DNA of 64,000 bases from NCBI GenBank assembly GCA_938010045.1, contig CALLFZ010000023.1, positions 4,762 to 68,761 of the forward strand. Reading direction: 5' to 3'. A model generated the notes under the pieces. It was given only the letters and a program-made list of their open reading frames with translations. It made no database searches and had not been told where the DNA came from. Origin of the DNA: an uncultured bacterium. GTDB taxonomy: Bacteria > Verrucomicrobiota > Kiritimatiellia > PWTM01. Each line of letters starts with the position of its first letter. Position 1 is the first letter of the stretch. Below are positions 63,464 to 64,000 of this stretch, one piece after another. The position numbers and the translations under genes were made by a program.

Positions 63464-64000
63464 AATTGGATTCTCCCACAGGCTCGGATGTGCTCGAAGG
63501 AAAACTTATCACAGCGCGAACCGGCGCGGCAATGGCGGAGTGGCCGAGGGGAACGACAAGGGGCCGCAGCACGAACCCCATGGGTTGGCGGCTCATAGCG
63601 AACGAACACCGCAGGCGACGAACGCATTGCCGGATTCCTTGTGGGCCAGGGTTCATTTCGGCTTCGCCTGCCGACCGGACCAGCCGGCGGCTTGGAATTC
63701 GCAACCTTCACGTCGAAAGTCAGATGCGTCCGTCCTCCGCGAGCCAAAGCCGGAGTGACGGCAGCCGCTGCCCAAGTGTGCCAATTCGCGGGCGACCAAA
63801 CCACGGTGCTGCGCTTCGCCGGCCACTTCATTTTGCACCGCCCCCTCGCGACGCCCCGCCAGGGCGTACGTCCCGACATCTCAAATCAACATGTAGATGC
63901 GACCTCGATCAATGTTCTCATGGTCAACGGGATGGTGGCGGCCGCCGGCGGGCACGCCACATCATTCGCCGCGGATTTCGAGGTCGCCGACGAGGCCGCG

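Noticed and set aside
63532-63610. tRNA-like start (GGCGGAGTGGCCGAGGGG)
   Set aside because: No T-loop (GTTCRA) and no acceptor-stem pairing
63464-63900. glmS ribozyme upstream of glmM-glmS
   Set aside because: No AGCGC...GACGAGG core on the minus strand; the glmM-glmS gap is only 22 nt
63962-64000. Possible 3' end of a minus-strand gene (RGLVGDLEIRGE*)
   Set aside because: Only 12 codons visible; cannot be supported

Overview
Very GC-rich bacterial chromosomal window of 64 kb, probably from the PVC superphylum (Verrucomicrobia/Kiritimatiellae-like; inferred from the gene repertoire). It holds about 50 coding regions. Housekeeping genes: pyrC, def, lipB-gcvH, tkt, yggS-proC, bioF-bioH-bioC, argS, metG, leuA-aroE-pilD-aroK and glmM-glmS. 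Secreted glycan-active genes: a sulfatase, a GH29 fucosidase, beta-helix proteins and LamG fusions. Uncharacterised systems: a radical SAM-HhH / DUF4130 pair, and a 13-kb MoxR-DUF58-BatA/vWA-vWA(+PA14)-giant coiled-coil-prenyltransferase-fold operon. Two clear pseudogenes: a CobW-like GTPase broken by a 16-bp tandem duplication, and a deleted, frameshifted paralog of the intact beta-helix gene. Non-coding structure: two related REP-like repeat fields built from a GGTGCCTGTCCCC motif and GTAG-footed hairpins, paired TCCAA-N3-TTGGA palindromes 32 bp apart at two loci, a complete leader-peptide attenuator upstream of leuA, and several sigma70-like promoters, one implying a leaderless def. I found no rRNA, tRNA, CRISPR array or intact transposase/integrase. 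All family assignments come from motif recognition by eye; no database searches were run.
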